DNA of 64,000 nt. Source: Mobula hypostoma (Eukaryota). This document shows positions 48,341 to 60,460 of the stretch, piece after piece. The DNA lies in assembly GCF_963921235.1 (NCBI RefSeq), contig NC_086097.1:55678001-55742000 (forward strand), read 5' to 3'. The notes under the pieces were generated by a model. It did not search any database. It worked only from the letters and a program-made list of their open reading frames with translations, and was not told the DNA's origin. Each line of letters starts with the position of its first letter. Position 1 is the first letter of the stretch. The position numbers and the translations under genes are program-made.

Positions 48341-51300
48341 GACAAACTGAGTTTACTTTTAAGCATAACTAGTGTCTTCCGCACTTCCATTCTTGATGTT
48401 GAGCATTAGCTGGTACTCATGAACTATGAGGCATTTCACAGAGTATCAGGCCCTTTCGCTCAACTGGTCCATGCTGACCATGGCAGCCTCCTTGGTAGTC
48501 CCCCTCCATGTATCTGTCTAAATGTTGCAATTGCATCCACCTCAACCATTTCATCTAACAGCTTATTGCAAGTACTCTTTACGCTGTTGTTGAAATTTTA
48601 CTGTCATTCAAGTTCTGATTTAGATTGATGACTCATTGTGAAAGAGTTGTGCATTGAGCAGAGCAGTGACCAATTATAATGGATATTGGGTTTTTATGAC
48701 CACACGATGGAAGGAAGGTTGTAACTAACAGTTTGCAATGTGTTCTGGCCTCCATAGATCACGCCCATCTTCCTTTCTGTTACTTACGACTCCAGCAATT
48801 GAACTTTTTTCTTTTAGCTCATTATTTTTTCTGAAGCCTACTTTGACAAAGAAGAGCAGCTACTTTTGTGACTACACATATTCAGCTGGAGATCTAAGCT
48901 GCGACGGAGAATGGAACTGAGTAGATCATGTGGAACCAGACCTTGGTATCACGCAGCAGATTATTCGTGAGGTGTCACTGCTGATGATTCCGTCCACTAT
49001 CTCACCCTTGATCTGTTTGACCTGTTTTTGGGGCTGGGTCATGCCTTGGCAATCTTTCACATATGTCCAAGTTAAATACTTTACATTTATGTCGGGAATA
49101 AACCCGGATGGTAGGTCACAGATTGTGGTGGTTCAAATTCTGCTGCTTCACAGCACATTACGGATGCCCACTTTTGGGAAGGGAAAAGGTTAACCGCTTT
49201 CAGCTATGAGCGTCATATGTTAACCACTCCATAGATTTGCCTTTGAAGACCAGGGGGAAGGCTGCAGTTCCCGCTTCCCAAAAATGAGCATTCATGATAT
49301 GCTGAGATATGCATCACTTTGCAAATGTGCAGGGCAGCAAAATGATGTGAAATTCAATTCCATGCCAGCTGGCCTTTTACTAATTTTCACTAGCTTCTTT
49401 TTGTAAATTCAACATTCTCTACAGTAGGTGACTAATACCCTTTCCATTATTATTATTTCTAAATGCATCCCCACTACTGAAGTTAAACTGGCTGGTCTGT
49501 GGCTACCAAGCATATTCTTACTGCCCTTTATAAACAAGGGCATCCCACTTTAAATAAACTCCTTGGTACGCTTATCACCTAATGTCGAACATTCTGGGAC
49601 AGGAAGGGAGAAAATATGAGGAAAAATGTATTTACTACATACTCAGGAACACAGCATAAAAAGCAATGGCTATTTGCAGCTTTTTGCATGAATTGAGAAG
49701 TAGTATCCAAACATAATCAGCTACTAAATGTTTATTTAATTCTAAGTAGAGATCTTGAGTGTCAAAAGGTATTTAAGCATCATCTTTTGTTAAAATAATG
49801 GTATCATTTATTAAATACTGAAAATGAAATTGTTTTTTTTTAATGGTTGGTCTTTTATCCTACCCAGAATGAGTAATTTGAAACCAGCAATCCTTCTAAG
49901 TCACCAGCAGGCTTGATTGTGGATTATAATTACGTGTAGGTCAATGAAGACTTGAGGTCTCACTTAGTTAAAAGGTTTTTTCTCCCTTGTGTGCCTCAAA
50001 GAGATTATACAATGATTAATGTACAAATAAAGCAGATTTTGATGTTTTGACAAACCATTTGCTTTTAATATACCATCAAGCTGTAGTGTTTATTCAGATG
50101 AAATTGTAAGGAATTAGTCTTTACATTTTCTCTTATCCGTTTTACTCTACTCTTCCTGGGTTTGCATTTTATTTTATAGATTTGCTTGTGACCTGATTAG
50201 GTGAGTTTAAATCACAAATCACTGAAAAAAGAGCTAATGGACTGATTAAACAACAGCAGAAAACACTGGAAACACTCCCCATGTCAGAGGGAAAACCTAT
50301 TAAACATTTTATGCAGGATATTACAGATTAACAGCACTTCAAATGGATTAGAACAAATGAAATTTAAAAAAAAACATCCTGCAGCTATTCGGTCAGAAGA
50401 ATTCACATTAACACAGGAAAATGAATGCAGTAACTTGCCATGGTCTGCTTGCAGAATAGTTAGGATTTACACAGGGATAGGTACATTTTTTTCAGAAAAT
50501 TGCTATCATTTGTACAGAGAGTAGTTGTGACCTAAAACTCCACCTACATAGATGGTAGAAATTCAGTTAGTCAGGCTTTCATATTGGAATTGGATGAGAG
50601 AAAATAATTTTCAAAGATTTGGGAAAAGAGGAGGGGAATGGGACTGAAGAAATTTCTCTACCTGAAGTCTCAGTGGTCTGAATGGTCAACTCTGTGTCAA
50701 TCCAATGTTGCTATTTTAAGACTCTCTAGTAATTCAAATGATCCCCACTAATTTTGCTTGAAAATGTTTTTCTTTAAGGTGCTCAAGTCCCGCGGAAGAG
50801 CTCCAGACGCTGAGAGGCCAATTGATTGCTCTTGCTCAGATTATCTGTGATCGGCTGAACTGTTTCAGGCCTTTCAGATTTTGTTTCATAGGTCAAACGT
50901 CAGCAGAATTTTACTTTGTGTTCTTCCGTGGTAGAATTTCTTACTCCTGGTGCTCACAATGACTCAGGAGATGCGGGACAAAGATTTATGCCAAATTACA
51001 ATTAACTTGTGGATTTTGAATTTCAATGTATATTTACATCTATGTTAATATGGCATGCCATGATCTACATTGGAATTTTCATTCTATGAAGACTGAGATT
51101 GAAAAGACATATAACGGAATGAATGATTTGCTTAGTTTGCTGTGAGTTGTTGAGAATTGATTGACAGCTTTTCTCCCTGGTGAACGGAACTGGTTTTTGA
51201 TTGGTTTTCTGCAAATTCTCATTAATATATTTGCATGACTAACTTAACTGATGCAGTTTTGTGAAATAGAAACAATGGTTGCCATATGTTTATGCTATTT

Positions 51301-51534
51301 TTCAACTATGATACTCTAAAATCATATGAGCAACACAGAATTGTGATGAGGTATATAAGCAGCTGATACAGAAAATAACAGCATGTGGAGCTGAAAAATA
51401 ATAGGATAGGATTCATGCTTTTTACCAGTAGATGACACTGTTGCATCAAATACATGGGGCATCTATTTTGTTTAAAAGGTATTATTTGAACAAGTGTTTC
51501 ACTCTTCATCAATAACTAGTGTTTCTATGCCGTG

Positions 51535-52010
51535 AAAAGAGACTATAAGACGTAGGAGCAGAATTACACCATTCGGTCTGCTCCACCATTAGATCATGGC
51601 TGATTTATTTTCCCTCTCAATTCCATTCTCCTGCCTTCTCCCTGTAACCTTTCACACTCCTACTAATCAAGAACCTATCAACCTCTGCTGGTAAATACAG
51701 TACACCCAAACACAGGGCCTCCACAGCCTTCTGTGGCAATGAATTCCACAGATCCACCACCCTCTGGCTAAAGAAATTCTTCCTCATCCTTCGATTGTGA
51801 GGCTGCACCATCTGGTCCTAAACTCTCCCACTATTGGAAACATTCTCTCCATGTCCACCACATCTTGTCCTTTCAATATTGGTCAGATTTCAATGAGATC
51901 CCTCCAATGTTTCTAAACTCCATTGAGTACAGGCCCAGAGCTTCGGTCTTTCACTGCCAGGATCATTCTTGTAAACATCCTCTGGACACTCTCCATTGCC
52001 AGCACATGGG
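51535..52010 (-). mobile_element. CR1 subfamily B 3' fragment
   Basis: RMRKNFFSQRVVDLWNSLPQ; reverse-complemented tail GACTATAAGAC. Confidence 0.85.
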
Positions 52011-52891
52011 GCCCAAGACAGAAAATGAGCTGTCGTACTATATGGTGGAGTCCATTATAAAATGGAATGATACTGTAAAATGGTATTCTGTATCACATAG
52101 GTGTTCCTCACATCCAACAGTAGCAGTGTTCTTCAAATTGAATTATTTAGCACAAACCATTTGCCACAACTGGTCTATGCCAGCAAAGATTCCGATCTAA
52201 GCTCGTGTCATTTCCTTGGGTTTGCCCCACATCCCTCTAATCTTTCCTACATGTACCTATTCAAATGTCTTTTTAAAATTATTTGATAACTTTTGATAAG
52301 TTCCTATTTTGTTAACTATCTAGAGCTAACAAAACGTCCTAAACAGGGAATTACATATTTTTACTTATTAATATTTTTTATTACAATTTGGAATGAAATG
52401 CAACTTAAATACAGTGAAATTTGACTGCACAGAACACTTGACTTGGCATTATGATTGCTGGGCATATAGCAAGGTGTTATGCTGGTTTCCATATTGTAAA
52501 AGATGTGAGCATGTCAATGGATATGAGGATATGGAATTAGTGCAGGAAAGGGAGGCTGACATAAAAGACTTTGTGATCCTATTGAATGGGACAGTAGGTG
52601 TGAAGGACCAAATGGCCTACTCCAGCTTCTATTACTTATCTTCTAATGCAGCACACGTGCAGTGTTGACAGATCATAATCTCAATCCTGCTGCAATATTG
52701 ATATGGAACCAGTTCTACCAAATTAGACACAAATGATGCTGCTAATGCATGTGTGTTACCCTCAAGGAGTCCTAACTGAGATTTGCTACTTGCTACAGCC
52801 ACAACCCCATCCGCAGAACCCCATAAGGAAGGACCGTTTTACCAATGGCTGGTAATGTGATGGTTGCCATCAGCTTCAATGGAGCTGAAGC

Positions 52892-53465
52892 AGCTATATA
52901 AGACCCTGGTCAGACCCCACTTGGAGTACTGTGCTCAGTTCTGGTCACCTCACTACAGGAAGGATTTGGAAACTATAGAAAGGGTGCAGAGGTGATTTAC
53001 AAGGATGTTGCCTGGATTGGGGAGAATGCCTTATGAAAATTGGTTGAGTGTACTTGGCCGTTTCTCCTTGGAGTGACAGAGAATGAGAGGTGACCTGATA
53101 GAAGTGTGTAAGATGATGAGGGGCATTGATCGTGTGGATAGTCAGAGGTTTTTCCCCCCAGGGCTGAAATGGCTAACGTGAGGGAGCATTGTTTTAAGGG
53201 GCTTGGAAATAGGTACCGAGGGGATGTCAGGGGTACATTTTTCACACAGAGAGTGGTGGGTGCGTGGAATGCACTGCCGGCAGAGGTAGTGGAAGCGGGT
53301 ACAATAGGGTCTTTTAAGAAACTCTTAGATAGGTACATGGAGCTTAGAAAAATAGAAGGCTATGCAGTAGGGAAATTCTAGGCAGTTTCTAGAGTAGGTT
53401 ACATGGTCGGCACAACATTGTGAGCCGAAGGGCCTGTAATGTGCTGTAGATTTCTAGTTTCTAAG
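52892..53465 (+). mobile_element. CR1 subfamily C 3' fragment
   Basis: Close match to 4040-4607; FFTQRVVGAWN; TTTCTA tail. Confidence 0.9.
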
Positions 53466-55337
53466 CATCCTGTGACAGATCCTGTCATTCCATCTGGCTG
53501 CAAACCATGACGCAACAGAACACCAGGTAAAATAACAATGTGGTTCACAAGGACTGTCACCGTACCCATGGCTGGGGCCCCACTTACTGCATCTGTATCA
53601 CACTGATAAACCCGGAGAGCAGTCACGATGCTTTTGTTTCTCTCAGTCTGCTGGGCCATTGGTATCTGAGATAAAAGAGTGGCCATTGAATTATCATTTG
53701 AACACAAGGCTCCTGATTCTGATGCACAACTCACAAATACAGTGGCAACGTGATATTAATAGAATTTAGAATATCGCTTGGAATATCATAATGAGGTCAA
53801 TAAAGAACAGGTCTCATGGATTTGAAGTAACCTAGTACATGCTGCAGAACTTTGCCTCATGCAGCATGTACTTTGTCTCTACACCAGTTGAATGTTAAAC
53901 ATCTACACGGCGTGTGGAAGAGGAGGAAAGGTGGAGACTATGCAAACTGCGTCTTCCTGGAAAGTTCATCCATGAACAATAAACATGATTGCATGGGTTG
54001 CTTGCCACAAGCAGTGTTCCCCACTACTAGAACAGTTCTCAGGTTTCACTCATCCCATGTTGGACCAGAAGACATACTGTCGGAACAGAATTAGGCCATT
54101 CGGCCCATTGTCTACACTACCATTCCATCATGCCTCTCTGATTTATTATTCCACTCAACCCCATTCTCCTGTCTTCTCCCTGTAACCTTTGACACCCTTA
54201 CTAATTAAGGACCTATGAAACTCCACATTAAATATACCAAAAGATTTGGCCTCCATAAGACTTAGGAGCAGAATTAGGCCATTCAGCCATTTGAGTCTGT
54301 TCCACCATTCCATCATGGCTGATCCCGGATCCCACTCAACCTCATACACCTGCCTTCTCTCCATATCAGGAAACAATCAACTTCCGCCTTAAGAATTTGC
54401 GCGGACCTGGCCTCCACTGCTGTAGAGCATTCCACAGATTTACTACTCTCTGGCTAAATAAATTCCTCTTACCTCTTTTCTGAAGGGTCACCCCTCAATT
54501 TTGAGGCTGTGCCCTCTAGTTCTGGATACCCCCACCATAGGAAACATCCTTCCCATATCGACCCTATCTAATCCTTTCTACATTTGGTAGGTTTCAATGA
54601 GATCCCCCTGCATGCTTCTAAATTCCAGTGAGTACAGGCAATGAATTCCACAGACTCACCACTCTCTTGCTGAAGAAATTTCTCCTCACTCCTGTTCTAA
54701 AGGGATGTACTTACATTATGAGGCTGCACCCCCTACTCCTAGACACCCCGCTATAGGGAAAAAAACTCTCAGCTTTTCAATATTCTGTGAGTATCAATGA
54801 GATCCCCCCTCTATCTACTGAACTCCAGTTGGTGCATTCCCTGAGCCATGAGATGCGCCTCAGATTCCTTCATTCTCGGGATCATTCTTATAAGCTTCCT
54901 CAGGATCCTCTCCGATGCCAGAACATCCTTTCTTAAATAAACTGTTCACAATACTCCAAGTGCAATCTGACCAGCATCTTATAAAGCCTCAGCATTATAC
55001 TCTTGCTTTTACATTCTAGTCCTCTTGAAATGAATGCGCTGACATTGCATTTGCCTTCCTTACCACCAACTCAATCTGCAAGTTGACCTTTAGGGAATCC
55101 TTTATGAGGACTCCCAAGTCCCTTTGTACCTCCGATTTCTAAATTTTCTCCCCACTTAGAAAATAGTCTGTGCTTTTATTCCTTCTACCAAAGTGTATGG
55201 CCATACACTTCCCTACACTGCACTCAGTGTCCACTTTATTAGGTACACCTGTTCACCTGCTTGTTATTGCAAATATCCAATCAGCCAATCATGTGGCATC
55301 AATTCAATGCATGAAAGCATGCAGACATCACCAACAG

Positions 55338-57714
55338 TATGGAAAGGAGGATAACAGAAAGGTTATCATATGAGCTTGAGAAAAGGGGAATGCTGGCAAG
55401 TTATCAGAGTGGTTTTAGAAAGGGAAGGAATTCCATGGACTCAGTGATTATGTTAGAGACTGAAATAAGGAAGGCCCAGGCAAATAGAGAGTCAATAGTG
55501 GCAGTGTTCTTTGACATTGAAAAAGCCTATGATATGATGTGGAAGGAAGGATTATTAATTAAACTGCACAAGATGGGGGTTGGTGGGAGAGTTTTTAATT
55601 GGATTAAACATTTTTTGTTTGGTAGAAAAATTCAAGTTCGGATTGGATCAGAATTATCAAAACAGTACATAGTGGAAAATGGCACACCTCAAGGTAGTGT
55701 GATTAGCCCGTTACTTTTCATCATTATGATCAATGATGTCTTCACAAAGGTACCCGTGGATATAGGTAGGTCACTGTTTGCGGATGATGGGGCCTTGTGG
55801 AAAAGAGGCAGGAACATGGACCATATAATCAGGAAACTACAAGAAGCAATTAATGAAGTGGTGGAGTGGGGTTATGATTGGGGATGTAGATTTTCAGTAG
55901 GTAAAACTCAAACTGTATTTTTTACCAGGAAAAGGGTTGAGGTAGGGAAGAAGTTAAGGATGTATGGGGTTGAATTAGAAAGGGTTGCATCAATTAATTT
56001 CTGGGAGTTATATTTGATTCACGATTAACATGGGCAGACCATATCAGGAAAGTTGAGGAGAAATGTAAAAAAGTAATAAATGTGATGAGATATTTGACTG
56101 GTAGGGAATGGGGAGCAAGTTGTTCAGCTTTGCAGAGAATGTATGTGGCTTTAGTAAGATCTGTATTGGATTATGGAAATATAGTATATGGATTAGCAGT
56201 TAGGTCTCTTATAAGGAAACTGGATGTGATTCAGGCTCAGGCCTTGAGAGTGTGCAGTGGGGCTTTTAAAACGACACCAGTGTCAGCCGTACAGGTAGAA
56301 ATGGGAATAATGCCTTTGGAACTAAGAAGGATGCAACTGATGGCAAACTACTGGGCTAACTTGCAAGGGCACAATGATTCTCGCCCTACTAAAGGAGTGT
56401 TGCAGGAGTGCTGGGAAAATGGGAGGTTTCAGAGGGATACCTTTAGTCAGGTAGGGAATGATATCGCGAAAGAATGTGGAGTGTTTGATCTGAGGATAAG
56501 TCCTTCAGTAGTTTATCCGGTTGTAGCTCCATGGAAGCTTGTATGGCCTGACATAGACTGGCATTTGTTAGAGGCAAAAAGGAAAGAAAGATATAAAACA
56601 GATTTGGTAAATGCATTTAAGTGTCATGTGATGGAAAAGTATAGTGATTATACTCACATTTATACGGATGGTGCGAAGGAACCTGATACAGGAGTGACAG
56701 GGTTTGGGGTGGTAATACCAGCAAAAGAATTTGGAATCAGTAGAAGAACATCTAATAAGTTAGGGGTGTTTACAGTGGAGATGCTGGCAGTGTTGGTTGT
56801 GTTGCAATGGGTGCAGAAAGCCAGACAAGCCAAAGCATTGATATGTTCAGATTCATCCTCAGTTCTAGCAAGTTTAAGGTCTTTTCACACAAACAGTCGG
56901 CAAGATGTACTTTATGAAGTCCTTCAGTTAGTTACAAGAATTGCAAATCAGGGAGGTCAGGTAAAATTTCTATGGGTTCCAGCACATGTAGGGGTGAAGG
57001 GGAATGAGAGGGTGGATGAGTTGGCAAAGAGGGCGTTAAAGAAAGAAAATGTGGAAATGCACATTAGTATCAGTAAAGCAGAGGTTAAGTGTGTAATCTG
57101 GGAAAAAGTCAACCGAATGTGGCAAGAAAGATGGGACAGGGAGGGGAAAGGGAGGCATTTATATCAAATACAAAAGAGTGTTGCAGTTACTAGGGTAGGT
57201 AATGGAAACAGAAGAGAGGAAATTGTGTGGATTAGGTTAAGGCTGGGGCATTGTGCATTAAACAAAACATTGAAAATGATAGGGAAACACCAGACAGGAT
57301 TGTGTGAGGAATGTCAGGAAGAGGAGTCAGTAGAACATGTAGTTTTGTGTTGCAGGAAGTATGGGAGACAGAGATAGATGATGAGAATTAAATTAAGGGA
57401 GTTGGGGGTGCAGGAATTCACATTAAAAGGGTTGCTGGGCATGGGTGAGAGAGCACAAGTCCGGGTATTTTTAGCGTTCTTAAGGGGTACAGGGGTTTTT
57501 TTATAGAATATGACGAATAAACAGGAATAGGATACTAGGATGGTCAAAGATGGGAGGGTGAAGTGTAGGTTTGTATATATATATATATATATATGTGTGT
57601 GTGATTGGGTGAAGGGATTTAGAATGTATGTCTAGTGCACATTCTGGAGCAGAGGGTGGCGATAATGCACCATTAAGCTGGATGCCAACCGCCGTAAAAC
57701 AAGATACAGACAGA
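55338..57714 (+). mobile_element. 5'-truncated I-group (Nimb-like) non-LTR retrotransposon with RNase H
   Basis: 16-bp TSD CAGACATCACCAACAG at 55322-55337 and 57715-57730; (CAGA)n tail. Confidence 0.9.
55339..57513 (+). pseudogene. ORF2 with RT, RNase H and C-terminal CCHC finger (frameshift at about 55995, premature TAG at 57375)
   Basis: FFDIEKAYD, GTPQGSVISPLLF, LFADDGALW; RNase H IYTDGAK, EMLAV, ICSDS, WVPAHVGVKGNERVD; RLRLGH..CEECQEEESVEHVVLCC. Confidence 0.92.
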
Positions 57715-59314
57715 CAGACATCACCAACAGGTTCAGTTGTTATTCAGACCAAGCATCAGAATTGGGAAGAAATGTGAGTAAAGTAACTTTCACTGTGGAA
57801 TGATTGTTAGTGTCAGACTGGGTGGTTTGAGTATCTTAGAAACTACTGATTTTCATGCACAACATTCTAGAGTTTACAGAGAATACTGTGACAACCAAAA
57901 AAAAAAAAATCCAGTGAGTGGCAGTTCTGTGGATGAAAATGTCTTGTTAATGGGAAAGGTCAGAAGAGAATGGCTGGATTGGTTCAAGCTGACAGGAAAG
58001 ACACAGTAGCTCAAATAACCATGCATTACAATGATGGTGTGCAGAAGAACATCTCCAAATGCACAACACATTAAAGCTTGAAGTCAACAGGCCACAAACA
58101 TACCCTCAGTGGTCCCTTCATTAAGTATGGGAGGTATCTAATAAAGTGACCACTGAGTATATATTTCATCTGCCACTTCTTTGCCCATTCTCTTGATCTG
58201 TCTAAGTGCTTTAGCAGAAACCCTACTTCTCAACACTATTGGCCCCTCCACCTACCTTTGTATCATCTACAAACTTGGCCACAGAGCCATCAATTCCATC
58301 ATTCAAGTCATTGACCTATAATGTGAAAAGAAGCAGTCACAACATTGACTTCTATGGAGCACTACTAGTCAGTAGCAGCCAACCAGAGAAGACCCCTTTA
58401 CTCCTGCTCTTTGCCTCCTACCAGTCAGTCAATCTTTTGTCAATACTAGTATCTTTCATGTATCTCATGTACAGCACCTTGTCATAGGCCTTCTGAAAAT
58501 CCTAGTAAACAACATCCACTGACTCCCCTTTGTCTATGCTACCTGTTATTTCCTCAAAGAATTCCAACAGATTTGTCAGGCAACATTTCCCCTTAAGGTA
58601 ACCATGTTGACTTTGGCCTATTTTATCACATGCTTTCATATACCCAGAAACCTCATCCTTAGTAATGGACTCCAACACTTTACCAACAAATGAAGTCAGG
58701 CTAACTGGCTTATAACTTCCTGTCTTTTGTTTTCTTCCCTTCTTAAAGAGTAGAATGACACTTGCAATCTCCTAGTCCTCCAGAACTATTCCAGAACCCA
58801 ATGATCCTTGAAATAGCACTACTAATGCCTCCACAATCTCTTCAGCTACCTCTTGCAGAACTCTGAGATGCATTCCAAGTTCCCAAGCACCTCCTTCTTA
58901 GTAATAGCAACTACACTCACTTCTGCCTCCTGACACTCTTGAATTTCTGACATACTGCCCGTGAAGACTGATGCAAAATACTAATTAAGTTTGTCTGCCA
59001 TTTCCTTGTCCCCTATTACAACCTCCCCAGAGTCATTTTCCGGTGGTCTGATGTCCATTCTCACCTCGCTTTTACTCTTTATATATCTGAAAAAACTTTT
59101 GGCATCCTCTTTTATATTATTAGCTAGCTTACTTTCATATTTCCACTTTTTTCTTATTGCTTTTTTTAGATCCCTGTTGGATTTTAAAAGCTTCCCTATC
59201 TATATTGCTATATTATATGCCCTCTCTTTTGCTCACATTTTCACATCTCAACAAAAGACATTTGGATAAATACATGGCCAGGAGGGGTTCAGAAGGGTAT
59301 GGGCCAAATATACA

Positions 59315-59503
59315 GGCTAATGGTGGGCACCTTGGTTGGACTGAGCAAATGTGATTAATGTGGTGAGCACCTTGGTTGGACTGGGCAAATGGGACTAATG
59401 TGGTGGGCAGCTTGGTTGGTGTGGGCAAATGGGACTAATATGGTGGGCATCCTGGTTGGAATGGGCAATTAGGACTAATATGGTGGACACCTTGGTTGGT
59501 GTG
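59315..59503 (+). repeat. 40-bp minisatellite (about 4.7 copies) inside a CR1-type 3'UTR (59255-60510)
   Basis: GCAAAT/GCAATT recurs at 59345, 59385, 59425 and 59465. Confidence 0.9.
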
Positions 59504-60460
59504 AAGGTACCTCTACTTTTCGTGATTTTTATTAACGACCTGGATGTGGGGGTAGATGGATGGGCCAGCAAGTTTGCAGACGACATAAAGGTTGGTGGTG
59601 TTATAGATAGTGTAGAGGATTGTCAAGGATTGCAGAGAGACATTGATAGGATGCAGAAGTGGGCTGAGAAGTGGCAGATGGAGTTCAACCTGGAGAAGTG
59701 TGAGGTGGTACGCTTTGGAAGGACAAACTCCAAGGCAGAGTACAAAATAAATAGCAGGATACTTGGTAGTGTGGAGGAGCAGAGGGATATGGGGGTACAT
59801 GTCCACAGATCCCTGAAAGTTGCCTCACAGGTAGATGGGGTAGTTAAGAAAGCTTACGGGGTTAGCTTTCATAAGTCTAGGGATAGAGTTTAAGAGTGGC
59901 GATGTAATGATGCAGCTCTATAAAACTCTGGTTAGGACACACTTGGAGCACTGTGTCCAGTTCTGGTCACCTCACTAGGAAGGATGTGGAAGCATTGGAA
60001 AGGGTACAGAGGAGATTTACCAGGATGCTGCCTGGTTTAGAGAGTATGCATTATGATCAGAGATTAAGGGAGCTAGGGCTTTACTCTTTAGAGAGAAGGA
60101 GGATGAGAGGAGACATGATAGAGGTGTACAAGATAATAAGAGGAATAGATAGAGTGGACAGCCAGCGCCTCTTCTCCAGGGCACCACTGCTCAATACAAG
60201 AGGACATGGCTTTAAGGTAAGGGGTGGGAAGTTCAAAGGGGAAATTAGAGGAAGGTTTTTTACTCAGAGAGTGGTTGGTGCGTGGAATGCACTGCCTGAG
60301 TCAGTGGTGGAGGCAGATACACTCGTGAAGTTTAAGAGACTACTAGACAGGTATATGGAGGAATTTAAGGTGGGGGGTTATATGGGAGGCAGGGTTTGAG
60401 GGTCGGCACAACATTGTGGGCCGAAGGGCCTGTAATATGCTGTACTGTTCTATGTTCTAT
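59504..60460 (+). mobile_element. 5'-truncated CR1 subfamily C nested in the minisatellite
   Basis: KFADDIK, FFTQRVVGAWN, TTCTATGTTCTAT tail; GTGTG on both sides. Confidence 0.9.

Larger units (their letters stand above)
55221..58159 (+). mobile_element. Non-autonomous Tc1/mariner element with an N-terminal transposase remnant, split by a LINE
   Basis: TIR CACTCAGTG(G/T)CCACTTTATTAGGTAC / GTATCTAATAAAGTGACCACTGAGT; remnant MIVSVRLGGLSILET..SRVYREYC..GQKRMAGLVQADRK..QITMHYN (paired/HTH region). Confidence 0.88.
54080..59230 (-). mobile_element. Degenerate CR1 subfamily B hosting a nested CR1 (about 54254-54638), a Tc1 element and a Nimb-like LINE
   Basis: RT pieces at 54640-55220 and 58160-59230 join at CCCTACACTG|TATTTCATCTGCCAC. 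Confidence 0.85.

Noticed and set aside
50779..50900. Acceptor-like site followed by an open frame (CSSPAEELQTLRGQLIALAQ)
   Set aside because: No convincing splice donor and no recognisable homology.
56082..57377. Host RNase H1 gene or retroviral pol
   Set aside because: It is contiguous with a non-LTR RT, followed by a CCHC finger and simple-repeat tail, and flanked by a TSD.
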